Source: the human T2T-CHM13v2.0 reference genome, Homo sapiens. From it: a stretch of 64,000 nucleotides of DNA. The stretch lies in the NCBI RefSeq assembly GCF_009914755.1, contig NC_060941.1, one strand, 5' to 3'. The translations under genes and the position numbers were made by a program. The notes beneath the pieces were generated by a model that worked only from the letters and a program-made list of their open reading frames with translations, searched no databases and was not told the DNA's origin. Below, piece after piece: positions 39,701 through 53,286 of this stretch (positions are counted from its first letter, which is position 1; each line of letters opens with the position of its first letter).

Positions 39701-42700
39701 AGAGTTGAACATTCCCTTTGACAGAGCACTTTGGAAACTCTCGTTGTGTAGCGTCTGCAAGTTGAGATATGGACCGCTTTGAGGCCTATGGTAGTAAAGG
39801 AAATAGCTTCATATAAAAACTAGACAGTAGCATTCTCAGAAAACTCTTTGTGACGACTGAGTTTAACTCACAGGGCTAAACATTGCCTTGGATGGAGCAG
39901 TTTCGAAACAAACTATTTGTAGAATCTGCAAGTGGATATTTGGACCTCTCTGAGGATTTCGTTGGAAACGGGAAAACTGCACCTAACTAAACAGAAGCAT
40001 TCTCAGAAACTTCTTCTTGATGTTTGCATTCAACTCACAGTGTTGAACCTTTCTTTGATAGTTCAGGTTTCAAACACTCTTTTTGTAGAAACTGCAAGTG
40101 GATAATTGCACTTCTTTGAGGCCTATCCTAGTAAAGGAAATAACTTCATATAAAAACAAGACAGAAGCTTTCTCAGAAAATCCTCTGGGATGATTGAGTT
40201 GAACTCACAGAGCTGTACTTTCCTTGGCATGGAGTTGTTTCGAAACACACTTTCTGTAGAATCTGCAAGGGGATATTTGGACCTGTCTGAGGAATTCGAT
40301 GTAAATGGGATAATTTCAGCTAACTACACAGAAGCAATCTCAGAATCTTCTTTGTGATGTTTGCATTGAAATCCCAGAGTTGAACTTTCCTTTGAAAGTT
40401 CAGGTTTCAATCCCTGTTTTTGCAGGATCTGCAAGTGGATATTTGGACCACTCTGTGTCCTTCATTCTAAACGGGTACATCTTCACATAAAATCTTGACA
40501 GAAGCCTTCTCAGAAACTTCTCTGTGATGATTGCAATCAACTCACAGAGTTGAACCCTCCTATGGATAAAGCAGTTTTGAATCTCTCTTTTTGTGGAATC
40601 TGCAAGTGGATATGTGGACCTCTTTGAAGATGCCTTTGGAAACGGGAATATCTTCACATAAAAACTAAACAGAAGCAATCTCAGAAACTTCTCTGTGATG
40701 TTTGTGTTCAACTCACAGAGTTTCACATTGCTTTTCATAGAGCAGTTCTGAAACATGCTTTTCGTAGTGTCTGCAAGTGGACATTTGGAGAGCTTTCAGG
40801 CCAGTGGTGGAAAACGAATTATCATCACATAAAAACTAGAGAGAAGCATTGTCGGAAACTTGTTTGTGATGATTGCATTCAACTCACAGAGTTGAAGGTT
40901 CCTTTTCAAACATCAGTTTCCAAACACTCTTTCTGTGGAATCTGGAAGAGGATATTTGGACCTCTTTGAAGATTTCGTTGGAAACGGGATAATCTTCACA
41001 GAAAAGCTAAACAGAAGCATTCTCAGAACCTTCTTCGTGATGTTTGCATTCAACTCACAGTGTTGAACCTTTCTTTGATAGTTCAGGTTTGAAACACTCT
41101 TTTTGTAGAAACTGCAGGTGGATAATTGTACTTCTTTGAGGCCTATCATAGTAAAGGAAATAACTTCATATAAAAACAAGACAGAAGCTTTCTCAGAAAA
41201 TTCTCTGGGATGACTGAGTTGAACTCACAGAGCTGTACTTTCCTTGGGAAGGAGTAGTTTCTCAACACACTTTCTGTAGAATCTGCAAGTGGATATTTGG
41301 ACCTCTCTGCTGAATTCGTTGGAAACCAGATAATTTCAGCTAACTAAACAGAAGCAATCTCAGAATCTTCTTTGTGATGTTTGCATTCAAATCCCAGAGT
41401 TGAACCTTCCTTTGAAAGTTCAGGTTTGAAACCCTCTTTTTGCAGGATCTACCAATTTATTTTGGGACCACTCTGTGGTCTTCGTTCGAAACGGGTATAT
41501 CTTCACATAACATCTAGACAGAAGCATTCTCAGAAACTTTTCTGTGATGACTGCATTCCACTCACAGAGTTGTACACTCCTTTTGAGAGCGCAGTTTTGA
41601 AACTCTCTTTCTGTGGAATCTGCAAGGGGACATGTAGACCTCTTTGAAGGTTTCGTTTGGAAACGGAATCATCTTCACATAAAAATTACACAGAAGCATT
41701 CTCAGGAACTCCTTGGTGATGTTTGTATTCAACTTCCAGAGTTGAACTTTCCTTCGGAAAGAGCAGCTATGAAACACTCTTTTTCTAGAATCTGCAAGTG
41801 GACATTTGGAGGGCTTCGAGGTTTGTGGTGGAAAAGGAAATATCTTCACATAAATATTACATAGAAGCATTCTCAGAAACTACTTTGTGATGATTGCATT
41901 CACCTCATGGAGTTGAACATTCCTATTGATAGGGCAGTTTGGAAACACTCTTGTTGTAGAATCTGCAAGTGAAAATTTGGAGCGCTTGGAGGCCTATGGT
42001 AGTAAAGGGAATAGCTTCATATAAAAACTAGACGGAAGCATTCTCAGAAAATACTTTGTGATGATTGAGTTTAACTCACAGAGCTGAACATTCCTTTGGA
42101 TGGAGCAGGTTTGAAACACACTTTTTGTAGAATCTGCAAGTGGATATTTGGACCTCTCTGATTATTTCGTTGGAAACGGGATAACTGCACCTAACTAAAC
42201 AGAATCATTCTCAGAACTTCTTTGTGATGTTTGCATTCAAATCCCAGAGTTGAATCTTCCTTTGATAGTTCAGGTTTGAAACCCTCTTTTTGTAGAATCT
42301 GCAAGTGGATATTTGGACCACTCTGTGGCCTTCGTTCGAAACGGGTACATCTTCACATAACATCTAGACAGAAGCCTTCTCAGAAACTTCTCTGTGATGA
42401 TTGCATTCAACTCAGAGTTGAACCCTCCTATGCATAGAGCAGTTTTGAATTTCTCTTTTTGTGGAATCTGCAAGTGGATATGTGGACTTCTTTGAATATT
42501 TCCGTGGAAACGGGAATATCTTTATATGAATACTAAACAGAAGCATTCTCAGAAACTTCTCTGTGATGTTTGTGTTCAACTCACAGTGTTTCACGTTGCT
42601 TTTCATAGAGCAGTTCTGAAACATTCTTTTCGCAGTGTCTACAAGTGGACATTTGGAGAGCTTTCAGGCCTGTGGTGGAAAAGAAATTATCGTCACATAA

Positions 42701-43350
42701 GAACTAGAGAGAAGAATTGTCAGAAATTTCTTTGTGATGATTGCATTCAACTCAAAGAGTTGAAGGTTCCTTTTCAAGCAGCCGTTTGCAAACACTCTTT
42801 CTGTGGAATGTGGAAGAGGATATTTGGACGTCTTTGAAGATTTCGTTGGAAACGTGATAATCTTCCCAGAAAAGCTAAACAGAAGCATTCTCAGAAACTT
42901 CTTCGTGATGTTTGCATTCAACTCATAGAGTTGAACTTTCCTTTTGAGAGAGAAGCTTTGAAACACTCTTTTTCTAGAATCTGCAAGTGGACATTTGGAG
43001 GGCTTTGAGGCCTGTGTTGGAAAAGGAAATATCTTCCCGTAAAAACTAGAGAGAAGCATTCTCAGAAACTACTTTGTGATGATTGCATTCAAGTCATGGA
43101 TTTGAACATTCTCTTTGACAGAGCAGTTTGGAAACTCTCTTTTTGTAGAATCTGCAAGTGGAGATATGGACCGCTTTGAGGCCTATGGCAGTAAAGGAAA
43201 TAACTTCATATAAAAACTAGACAGTAGCATTCTCACAAAACTCTTTGTGACGACTGAGTTTATCTCACAGAGCTGAACATTCCTTTGGATGGAGTAGTTT
43301 CGAAACACACTTTTTGTAGAATCTGCAAGTGGATATTTGGAACTCTGAGT
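39701..43350 (+). repeat. Rearranged, further diverged copies of the 14-mer HOR (structural variants with hybrid monomers)
   Basis: Monomer order read by diagnostic motifs: m10/m3 hybrid, m4, m5, m6, m7/m12 hybrid, m13, m14, m1, m5, m6...m14, m1, m2, m3, m4. Confidence 0.75.
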
Positions 43351-46300
43351 ATTTTTTTGGAAACGGGTTAAAATTCACAGAACTAAACAGCAGCATTCTC
43401 AGAAATTTCTTTGTGATGTTGGCCTTCAACTCACAGAGTGGAACATTCCTTTTGATAGAGTAGTTTTGAAACACTCTTTTTGTAGAATCTGCAAGTGGAC
43501 ATTTTGTGTGCTTTGAGGCCTGTGGTGGGAAAGGAAATGTCTTCACTTAAAATCTAGAGAGAAGCGTTCTCAGAAACTTCTTTGGGAGATTTGCTTTCAA
43601 CTCACAGATATGAAACTTCCTTCAATATTTTAGATTTGAAGCAGTCTTTTTGTAGGATCTGCAACTGGACATTCGCAGCATTTTGAGGTCCGTGCAAGTA
43701 AAGGAACTATCTTCATATAAAAACTAGTCAGAAGCTTTCTCAGAACCATCTTTGTGATGTGGGTATGCAGCTCACAATGTTGTACCTTTCCTCTGATAGA
43801 GCAGTTTTGAAACTCTCTTTTTGTAGAATCTGCAAGTAGACATTAGGAGCGCTTTGAGTCCTGTGGTGTAAAAAGAAATATCTACACATTAAAAGTAGAG
43901 AGAAGCATTGTCAGAAACTTCTTCGTGATGATTGAGTTCAAGACACAGAGTTGAAGAGTCACAGTGTTTGCAGTTTGCAAACACTTTCTGTAGAATCTGC
44001 AAGTGGATATTGGGAGCTCTTTGAAGATTTCGTTGGAAATGGGATAATCGTCACTAAAAACTAAACAGAAGCATTCTCAGAAACTTCTTTGTGATGTTTT
44101 CCTTCAACTCACAGAGTTCAACATTCCTATTGATAGAGCAGTTTTGAAACACTCCTTTCTAGAATCTGCAAGTGGATTTTTGGTGTGCCTGTGATGGAAA
44201 AGGAAATATCTTCACCTAAAAACTAGAGAGAAACAGTCTCAGAAACTTCGTAGTGATGTTGACAGTCGACGCATAGAGTTGAACGCTCCCTTAACACGAG
44301 GAGTTTTGAAACACTCTTTTTGTGGAATCTGCAAGTGGATATTTGGACACCTTTGAAGATTTCGTTGGAAACGGGATTATCTTCACTTAAAAACTAAACA
44401 GAAGCAATCTCAGAAACTTCTTTGTGATGTTTGTATTCAACTCAGAGATTTTAACATTGCTTTTCGTAGAGTAGTTTTGAAACATCCTTTCCGTAGTATC
44501 TGCACGTCGAAATTTGGAGCGCTTTGAAGCCTGCGGTGGAAAAGGAAATATCTTCACATGAAAACTAGAGGGAAGCACTGTCAGAAACTTCTTCGTGATG
44601 ATTGCATTCAACTCACAGAGTTGAAGATTCCTTTCAAAACAGCAGTTTGGAAACACTCTTTTTCTAGGATCTGAAAGTGGACATTTGGAGGGCTTCGAGG
44701 CCTGCGGTGGAAAACGAAATATCTTCATATAAATACTACATAAAAGCATTCTCAGAAACTACTTTGTAATGATGTCATTCAACTCAGGGAGCTGAACAAT
44801 TCTTTTGATAGAGCAGTTTTGAAACCCTCTTTTTGTAGAGTCTGCAAATGTAAATATGGACCGCTTTGAATCCTTTGGTAGGAAAGGAAATAACTTCATA
44901 TAAAAAAAAAGCCAGAAGCATTCTCAGAAACTTCTTTGTCATGATTGACTTCAAAACACAGAGTTGAACATTCCTTTTGATGCAGCAGTTTCAAAATACA
45001 CTTTTCGTAGAATCTGCAAGTGGATATTTGGAACTCCTTGAGGATTTCTTTGGAAACGGGTTAAAATTCACAGAACAAAACAGAAGCATTCTCAGAAAGT
45101 TCTTTGTGATGTTGGCCTTCAACTCACAGAGTGGAACATTCCTTTTGATAGGGCAGTTTTGAAACACTCTTTTTCTAGTATCTGCAAGTGGACATTTGGT
45201 GTGCTTTGAGGCCTGTGTTGGGAAAGGAAATAACTTCACTTAACATCTAGAGAGAAGCATTCTCAGAAACCTCTTTGGGAGATTTGCATTCAACTCACAG
45301 AGTTAAAACTTCCTTTGATAGTTCAGATTTGAAACACTCTTTTTGTAGAATCTGCAACTGGACATTGGCAGCAATTTGAGGTCAGTGCTAGTAAAGGAAC
45401 TATCTTCATATAAAAACTTGGAAGAAGCTTTCTCAGAAACTTCTTTGTGATGTGGGTATGCAACTCACAAAGTTGAACCTTTCCTTTGATAGAGCAGTTT
45501 GAAACTCTCTTTTTGTAGAATCTACAAGTAGACATTTTGAGCACTTAGAGACCTGCCATGGAAAAGAAAATATCTACACATTAAAACTAGAGAGAAGCAT
45601 TGTCAGAAACTTCTTCGTGATGATTGAGTTCAACTCTCAGAGTTGAAGAGTCCTTTTTAAACAGCAGTTTGGAAACACTCTTCTGTAGAATCTGCAAGTG
45701 GATATTTGGAGCTCTTTGAATATTTCATTGGAAACGGGATAATCTTCACTAAAAACAAAACAGAAGCATTGTCAGTAGCTTCTTTGAGATGTTTGCCTTC
45801 AACTCACAGAGTTCAACATTCCTTTTGATAGAGCAGTTTTGAAACACTCTTTTTCTAGAATCTGCAAGTGGACATTGGCTGTGCCTTGAGGACTCTGCTG
45901 GAAATGGAAATATCTTCACCTAAAATCTAGAGAGAAGCATTCTCAGAAACTTCGTAGTGATGTTTACAGTCGACTCATAGAGTTGAACGTTCCCTTAACA
46001 AGAGCAGTTTTGAAACACTCTTTTTGTAGAATCTGCAAGAGGATATTTGGACATCTTTGAAGATTTCTTTGGAAACGGGAATATCTTCACTTAAAAACTG
46101 AAGAGAAGCATTCTCAGAAACTTCTTTGTGATGTTTGTATTCAACTCACAGATTTTAACATTGCTTTTCATAGAGCAGTTTTGAAACATTCTTTCCGTAG
46201 AATTTGCACGTAGACATTTGGAGCACTTTGAAGCCTGCGGTGGAAAAGGAAATATCTTCACATAAAAACTAGAGGGAAGCACTGTCAGAAACTTCTTCGT

Positions 46301-48050
46301 GATGATTGCATTCAACCCACAGAGTTGAAGATTCATTTTGAAACAGCAGTTTGGAAACACCCTTTTTCTAGGATGTGCAAGTGGACATTTGGAGGGCTTT
46401 GAGGCCTGCGGTGGGAAATGAAATATCTTCACATGAATACTACATAAAAGCATTCTCAGAAACTACTTTGAGATGATATCATTCAACTCAGAGAGTTGAA
46501 CATTCCTTTTGATAGAGCAGGTTTGAAACCCTCTATTTGTACAGTCTGCATATGGAAATATGGACGGCTTTGAAGCCTATGCTAGTAAAGGAAATAACTT
46601 CATATAAAATACAGCTCAGAAACTTCTTTGTCATGATTGACTTCAAGACACAGAGCTGAACATTCCTTTTGATGCAGCAGTTTCGAAACACACTTTTTGT
46701 AGAATCTGTAAGTGGATATTTGGAACTCTTTGAGGATTTCATTGGAAACAGGTTAAAATTCACAGAAATAAACAGAGGCATTCTCAGAAAGTTCTTTGTG
46801 ATGTTGGTCTTCAACTCACAGAATGGAACATTCCTTTTGATAGAGCAGTTTTGAAACACCCTTTTTCTAGAATCTGCAAGTGGACATTTGGTGTGCTTTG
46901 AGGCCTGTGGTGGGAAAGGAAATATCTTCACTTAAAATCTAGAGAGAAGCATTCTCAGGAACTTCTTTGGGAGATTTGCTTTCAACTCACAGAGTTGAAA
47001 CTTCCTCCGATAGTTCAGATTTGAAACACTCTTTTTGTAGAATCTGCAACTGGACATTGGCAGCAATTTGAGGTCCGTGTAAGTGAAGGAAATATCTTCA
47101 TATAAAACTAGGCAGAAGCTTTCTCAGAAACTTCTTTGTGATGTGGGTATGCAACTCACAAAGTTGAACCTTTCCTGTGATAGAGCAGTTTTGAAACTCT
47201 CTTTTTGTAGAATCTGCAAGTAGACATTAGGAGCGCTTTGTGTCCTGCATTGGAAAAGGAAATATCTACACATTAAAACTAGAGAGAAGCATTGTCAGAA
47301 ACTTCTTCGTGATGATTGAGTTCAACTCACAGAGTTGTAGAGTGCTTTTTAAACAGCAGTTTGGAAACAATCTTTCTGTAGAATCTGCAAGTGAATATTT
47401 GGAGCTCTTTGAAGACTTCGTTGGAAACGGGATAATCTTCACTAAAAACTAAACAGAAGCATTCTCAGAAACTTCTTTGTGATATTTGACTTCAACTCAC
47501 AGCATTCAACATTCCTTCTGATAGAGCAGTTTTGAAACACTCTTTTTCTAGAATCTGCAAGTGGATTGTTGGTGTGCCTGTGGTGGAAAAGGAAATATCT
47601 TCACCTAAAACCTAGAGAGAAGCATTCTCAGAAACTTCGTAGTGATGTTTACATTCGATGAATAGAGCTGTACGTTCCCTTAACAAGAGCAGTTTTGAAA
47701 CACTCTTTTTGTAGAATCTGCAAGTGGATATTTGGACACCTTTGAAGATTTCGTTGGAAACTGGAATATCTTCACTTAAAAACTGAACAGAAGCATTCTC
47801 AGAAACTTCTTTGTGATGCTTGTATTCAACTCACAGATTTTAACATTGCTTTTCATAGAGCAGTTTTGAAACATTCTTTCCGTAGAATCTGCACGTAGAC
47901 ATTTGGAGTGCTTTGAAGCCTGCGGTGGAAAAGGAAATATCTTCACATAAAAACTAGAGAGAAGCACTGTCAGAAACTTTGTGATGATTGCATTCAACTC
48001 ACAGAGTTGCAGATTCCTTTTGAAACAGCAGTTTGGAAACACTCTTTAGG
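43351..48050 (+). repeat. Relic diverged ~1.69-kb (10-monomer) HOR, ~2.8 copies
   Basis: Marker motifs recur at ~1,690-bp spacing: gttaaaattcacag (~43367, 45060, 46752), gggagatttgc (~43585, 45278, 46969), gtgggtatgca (~43759, 45453, 47143), atctacacatt (~43880, 45572, 47264) and cttcgtagtgatg (~44247, 45950, 47635). Confidence 0.85.
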
Positions 48051-49050
48051 TAGGATCTGCAAGGGGATATTTGGCGTTCTTTATTGCTTTTTATAGAGCA
48101 GTTTTGAAACACTCTTTTTCTAGAATCTGCAAGTGGACATTTGGAGGGCTTTGAGGCCTGTGGTGGAAAAGGAAACATCTTCACATATAAACTAGAGAGA
48201 AGCATTCTCAGAAACTTCTTTGTGATGTTTGTATTCATCTCACTGATTTTAACATTGCTTTTCATAGAGCAGTTTTGAAACATTCTTTCCGTAGAATCTG
48301 CAAGCAGACATTTGGAGCGCTTTGAAGCCTGTTGTGGAAAAGGAAATATCTTCACATAAATAGTAGAGAGAAGCATTCTCAGCAACTTGTTTGTGATGAG
48401 TGCATTCAACTCACAGAGTTGAACATTCCTTTTGGTAGAGCGGTTTTGAAACACTCTTTTTCTAGAATCTGCAAGTGGACATTTGGAGGGCTTTGAGGTC
48501 TGTGGTGGAAAAGGAAATATCTTCACATATAAACTAGAAAGAAGCATTCTCAGAAACTTCTTTGTGATGAGTACATTCAACTCACAGAGTTGAACATTCC
48601 TATTGATAGAGCAGTTTTGAAACCCTCTTTTTGTAGATTCTGAAGGTAGAGATATGGACCGCTTTGAAGCCTACTGTAGTAAAGGAAATAACTTCATATT
48701 AAAGCCAGCCAGAAGCATTTTCAGAAACTTCTTTGTTTTGATTGAGTTAAACTCACAGAGCTGAACATTCCTTTTGATGGAGCAGTTTCGAAACACACTT
48801 TTTGTAGAATCTGCAAGTGGATATTTGGACCTCTTTGAGGATTTCTTCAGAAACGGGTTAAACCTCACATAACTAAACAGAAGCATTGTCAGAAACTTCT
48901 TTGTGAGGTTTGTATTCAACTCACAGAGTTGAACCTTCCTTCGAGAGTTCAGGTTTGAAAGACTCTTTTTGTAGAATGTGCAACTTTACATTAACAGCGC
49001 TTTGAGGTCCGTGCAAGTAAAGGAAATATCTTCATATTAAAGCTAGACAG
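48051..49050 (+). repeat. Irregular diverged alpha-satellite monomers related to the preceding layer
   Basis: ~171-bp monomers with a truncated monomer near 48060-48090 and local re-use of motifs (cacatataaactaga at ~48182 and ~48524). Confidence 0.8.
49036..49050 (+). repeat. SVA target-site duplication, left copy (right copy 51442-51456)
   Basis: ATTAAAGCTAGACAG is present on both sides. The core 12 bp AAAGCTAGACAG follows a TT/AAAG L1-endonuclease-like site. Confidence 0.93.
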
Positions 49051-51441
49051 GGAGAAGAGGAAAGGCAAGGGAAGGGGTTAGAGTGGTGTGTGCATGGAGG
49101 GGGTGGGGATGGGAAGGCTGATGAGGATGGACAGAGACGGTCTCTGATAAGATTTGTTTCTTTTGCCTCTCCCCTCTCCCCTCTCCCCTCTCCCTTCTCC
49201 CCTCTCCCCTCTCCCTCTCGGTCTCCCTCTCCCTCTCTTTCCATGGTCTCCCTCTGATGCCGAGCCGAAGCTGGACTGTACTGCTGCCATCTCGGCTCAC
49301 TGCAACCTCCCTGCCTGACTCTCCTGCCTCAGCCTGCCCAGTGCCTGCGATTGCAGGCGCGCGCCACCACGCCTGACTGGTTTTCGTACTTTTTTGGTGG
49401 AGACGGGGTTTCGCTGTGTTGGCCGGGCTGGTCTCCAGCTCCTAACCGCGAGTGATCCGCCAGCCTCAGCCTCCCGAGGTGCCGGGATTGCAGACGGAGG
49501 CTGGTTCACTCAGTGCCCAATGGTGCCCAGGCTGGAGTGCAGTGGCGTGATCTCAGCTCGCTACAACCTCCATCTCCCAGCCGCCTGCCTTGGCCTCCCA
49601 AAGTGCCGAGATTGCAGCCTCTGCCCGGCCGCCACCCCGTCTGGGAAGTGAGAAGCGTCTCTGCCTGGCCGCCCATCGTCTGGGACGTGAGGAGCCCCTC
49701 TGCCTGGCTGCCCAGTCTGGAAAGTGAGGAGCGTCTCTGCCCGGCCGCCATCCCATCTAGGAAGTGAGGAGCGCCTCTTCCCGGCAGCTATCCCATCTGG
49801 GAAGTGAGGAGCGTCTCTGCCCGGCCGCCCATCGTCTGAGATGTGGGGAGCGCCTCTGCCCCGCCGCCCCGTCTGGGATGTGAGGAGCACCTCTGCCAGG
49901 CCGCGACCCCGTATGGGAGGTGAGGAGCGTCTCTGCCCAGCCGCCCCGTCTGAGAAGTGAGGAGCCCCTCTGCCCGGCAGCCACCCCGTCTGGGAAGTGA
50001 GGAGCGTCTCCGCCCGGCAGCCGCCCCGTCCGGGAGGGAGGTGGGGGGATCAGCCCCCCGCCCGGCCAGCCGCCCCGTCCGGGAGGTGAGGGGCGCCTCT
50101 GCCCAGCCGCCCCTACTGGGAAGTGAGGAGCCCCTCTGCTGGGCCAGCCGCCCCGTCTGGGAGGGAGGTGGAGGGGTCAGCCCCCCCGCCCGGCCAGACG
50201 CCCCGTCTGGGAGGGAGGTGGGGGGGTCAGCCCCACGTCCGGGAGGGAGGTGTGGGGGGGTCAGCCCCCTGCCAGGCCAGCCGCCCCGTCCGGGAGGGAG
50301 GTAGGGTCAGCCCCCCGCCCGGCCAGCCACCCCGTCCGGGAGGTGAGGGGCGCCTCTGCCCAGCCGCCCCTACTGGGAAGTGAGGAGCCCCTCTGCCGGG
50401 CCAGCCACCCCGTCCGGGAGGGAGGTAGGGGGCTCAGCCCCCCGCCCGGCCAGCCGCCCCGTCCGGGAGGGAGGTGGGGGGTCAGCCCCCCGCCCGGCCA
50501 GCCACCCCGTCCGGGGGGTGAGGGGCGCCTCTGCCCGGCCGCCCCTACTGGGAAGTGAGGAACCCCTCTGCCCGGCCAGCCGCCCCCTCCGGGAGGGAGG
50601 TGGGGGGGTCAGCCCCCCGCCCGGCCAGCCGCCCTGTCTGGGAGGGAGGTGGGGGGGTCAGCCCCCCGCCCGGCCAGCCGCCCCATGCGGGAGGTGAGGG
50701 GCGCCTCTGCCTGGCCGCCCCTACTAGGAAGTGAGGCGCCCCGCTGCCCGGCCAGCCGCCCCGTCCGGGAGGGAGGTGGGGGGTCAGCCCCCTGCCCGGC
50801 CAGCCGCCCCATCCGGGAGGTGAGGGGCGCCTCTGCCCCGCCGCCCCTACTGGGAAGTGAGGAGCCCCTCTGCCCGGCCACCACCCCGTCTGGGAGGTGT
50901 ACCCAACAGCTCATTGAGAACGGGCCGGGATGACAGTGGCGGTTTTGTGGAATAGAAAGGGGGGAAAGGTGGGGAAAAGTTGAGAAATCAGATGGTTGCC
51001 ATGTCTGTGTAGAAAGAAGTAGACATGGGAGACTTTTCATTTTGTTCTGTACTAAGATAAATTCTTCTGCCTTGGGATCCTGTTGATCGGTGACCTTACC
51101 CCCAACCCTGTGCTCTCTGAAACATGTGCTGTGTCCACTCAGGGTTAAATGGATTAAGGGCGGTGCAAGATGTGCTTTGTTAAACAGATGCTTGAAGGCA
51201 GCATGCTCGTTAAGAATCATCACCACTCTCTAATCTCAAGTACCCAGGGACACAAACACTGCGGAAGGCTGCAGGGTCCTCTGCCTAGGAAAACCAGAGA
51301 CCTTTGTTCACTTGTTTATCTGCCGACCTTCCCTCCACTATTGTCCTATGACCCTGCCAAATCCCCCTCTGTGAGAAACACCCAAGAATGATCAATAAAA
51401 AAAAAAAAAAATTAAAAAAAAAATAAAAATAAAAAAAAAAA
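49051..51441 (+). mobile_element. Full-length SVA retrotransposon (SVA_D-like) with 5' transduction
   Basis: Unique sequence 49051-49165, CCCTCT hexamer region 49166-49255, antisense Alu-like domain ~49256-49616, GC-rich VNTR ~49617-50900, SINE-R (HERV-K env/LTR-derived) ~50901-51399, AATAAA at 51394-51399 and poly(A) to 51441. It is flanked by the TSD ATTAAAGCTAGACAG. The subfamily call is from remembered consensus only. Confidence 0.97.
49617..50900 (+). repeat. SVA VNTR (GC/CpG-rich ~35-50-bp tandem units)
   Basis: Repeated gccgccccgtccgggagg, gaagtgaggagcccctctgccc and gtcagccccccgcccggcca units. Confidence 0.95.
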
Positions 51442-52271
51442 ATTAAAGCTAGACAGAAGCTTTCTCAGAAACTCCTTTGTGATGTGTTCATTGAACTGAC
51501 AGAGTTGAACCATTGTTTTGATAGAGCCATTTTGAAACACTATTTTTGTAGAATCTGCAGGTGGACATTTGGAGCGCTTTGACATCTATAGTGAAAATGA
51601 TATATCTTCACATAAAAACTGTACAGAAGCATTCTCAGAAACTTCTTTGTGCTGTTTGCTTTCAACTCACAGGCTTGAATATTCCTTTTCATAGAGCAGT
51701 TTTGAATCACTGTTTTTGTGGAAATTGAATGTCGATATTTGAACCACTTTGAGTCCTTCGTTGGAAACGGAACACCTTCATATAAAAACTAGACAGAAGC
51801 ATTGACAGAAACTTCTTTGTGATGTATGCATTCAACTCACAGAGTTGAACCTTTCTTTTGATAGAGCAGTTTTGAAGCCCTCTTTTTGTAGAATCTGCAG
51901 GTGGACATTTGGGGCGCTTTGAGGCCAATGGAGAAAAAGGAAATCTCTTCACGTAAAAGCTATACAGAAGCATTCTCAGAAACTTCTTTGTGATATGTGC
52001 ATTCAACTCACAGAATTGAACATTTTTTTTCATAGAGCAGATTTGAAACACTCTGTTGAATTTGCAAGTGGATATTTGGACGGCTTAGAGGCCTTTGTTG
52101 GAAACAAGGTATCTTCACATAAAAGCTAGACAGAAGCATTCTCAGAAGCTACTTTGTGATGTGTGCATTCAACTCACAGAGTTGAACCTTTCTTTTGATA
52201 GGACAGTTTTGAAACACGCTTTTTGTAGAATCTGCAAGTGGACATTTGGAGATCTTTGAGGTCTATGATGA

Positions 52272-53286
<1,015 letters not shown>

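Noticed and set aside
488-48919. Dozens of 60-190 aa ORFs (e.g. ...KYPLADST...VQLCELN...) repeated every 2,382 bp
   Set aside because: The 171-bp monomer is a multiple of 3, so stop-poor frames give 57-aa pseudo-repeats. Many start at non-ATG codons, they overlap on both strands and show no domain signal, so they are artefacts of satellite DNA.
49256-49616. Apparent independent antisense Alu
   Set aside because: It is the integral Alu-like domain of the SVA and has no TSD or tail of its own.
49032-51391. Pro/Gly/Arg-rich ORFs up to 205 aa
   Set aside because: They are translations of the GC-rich SVA hexamer, VNTR and SINE-R sequence, where stop codons are rare.
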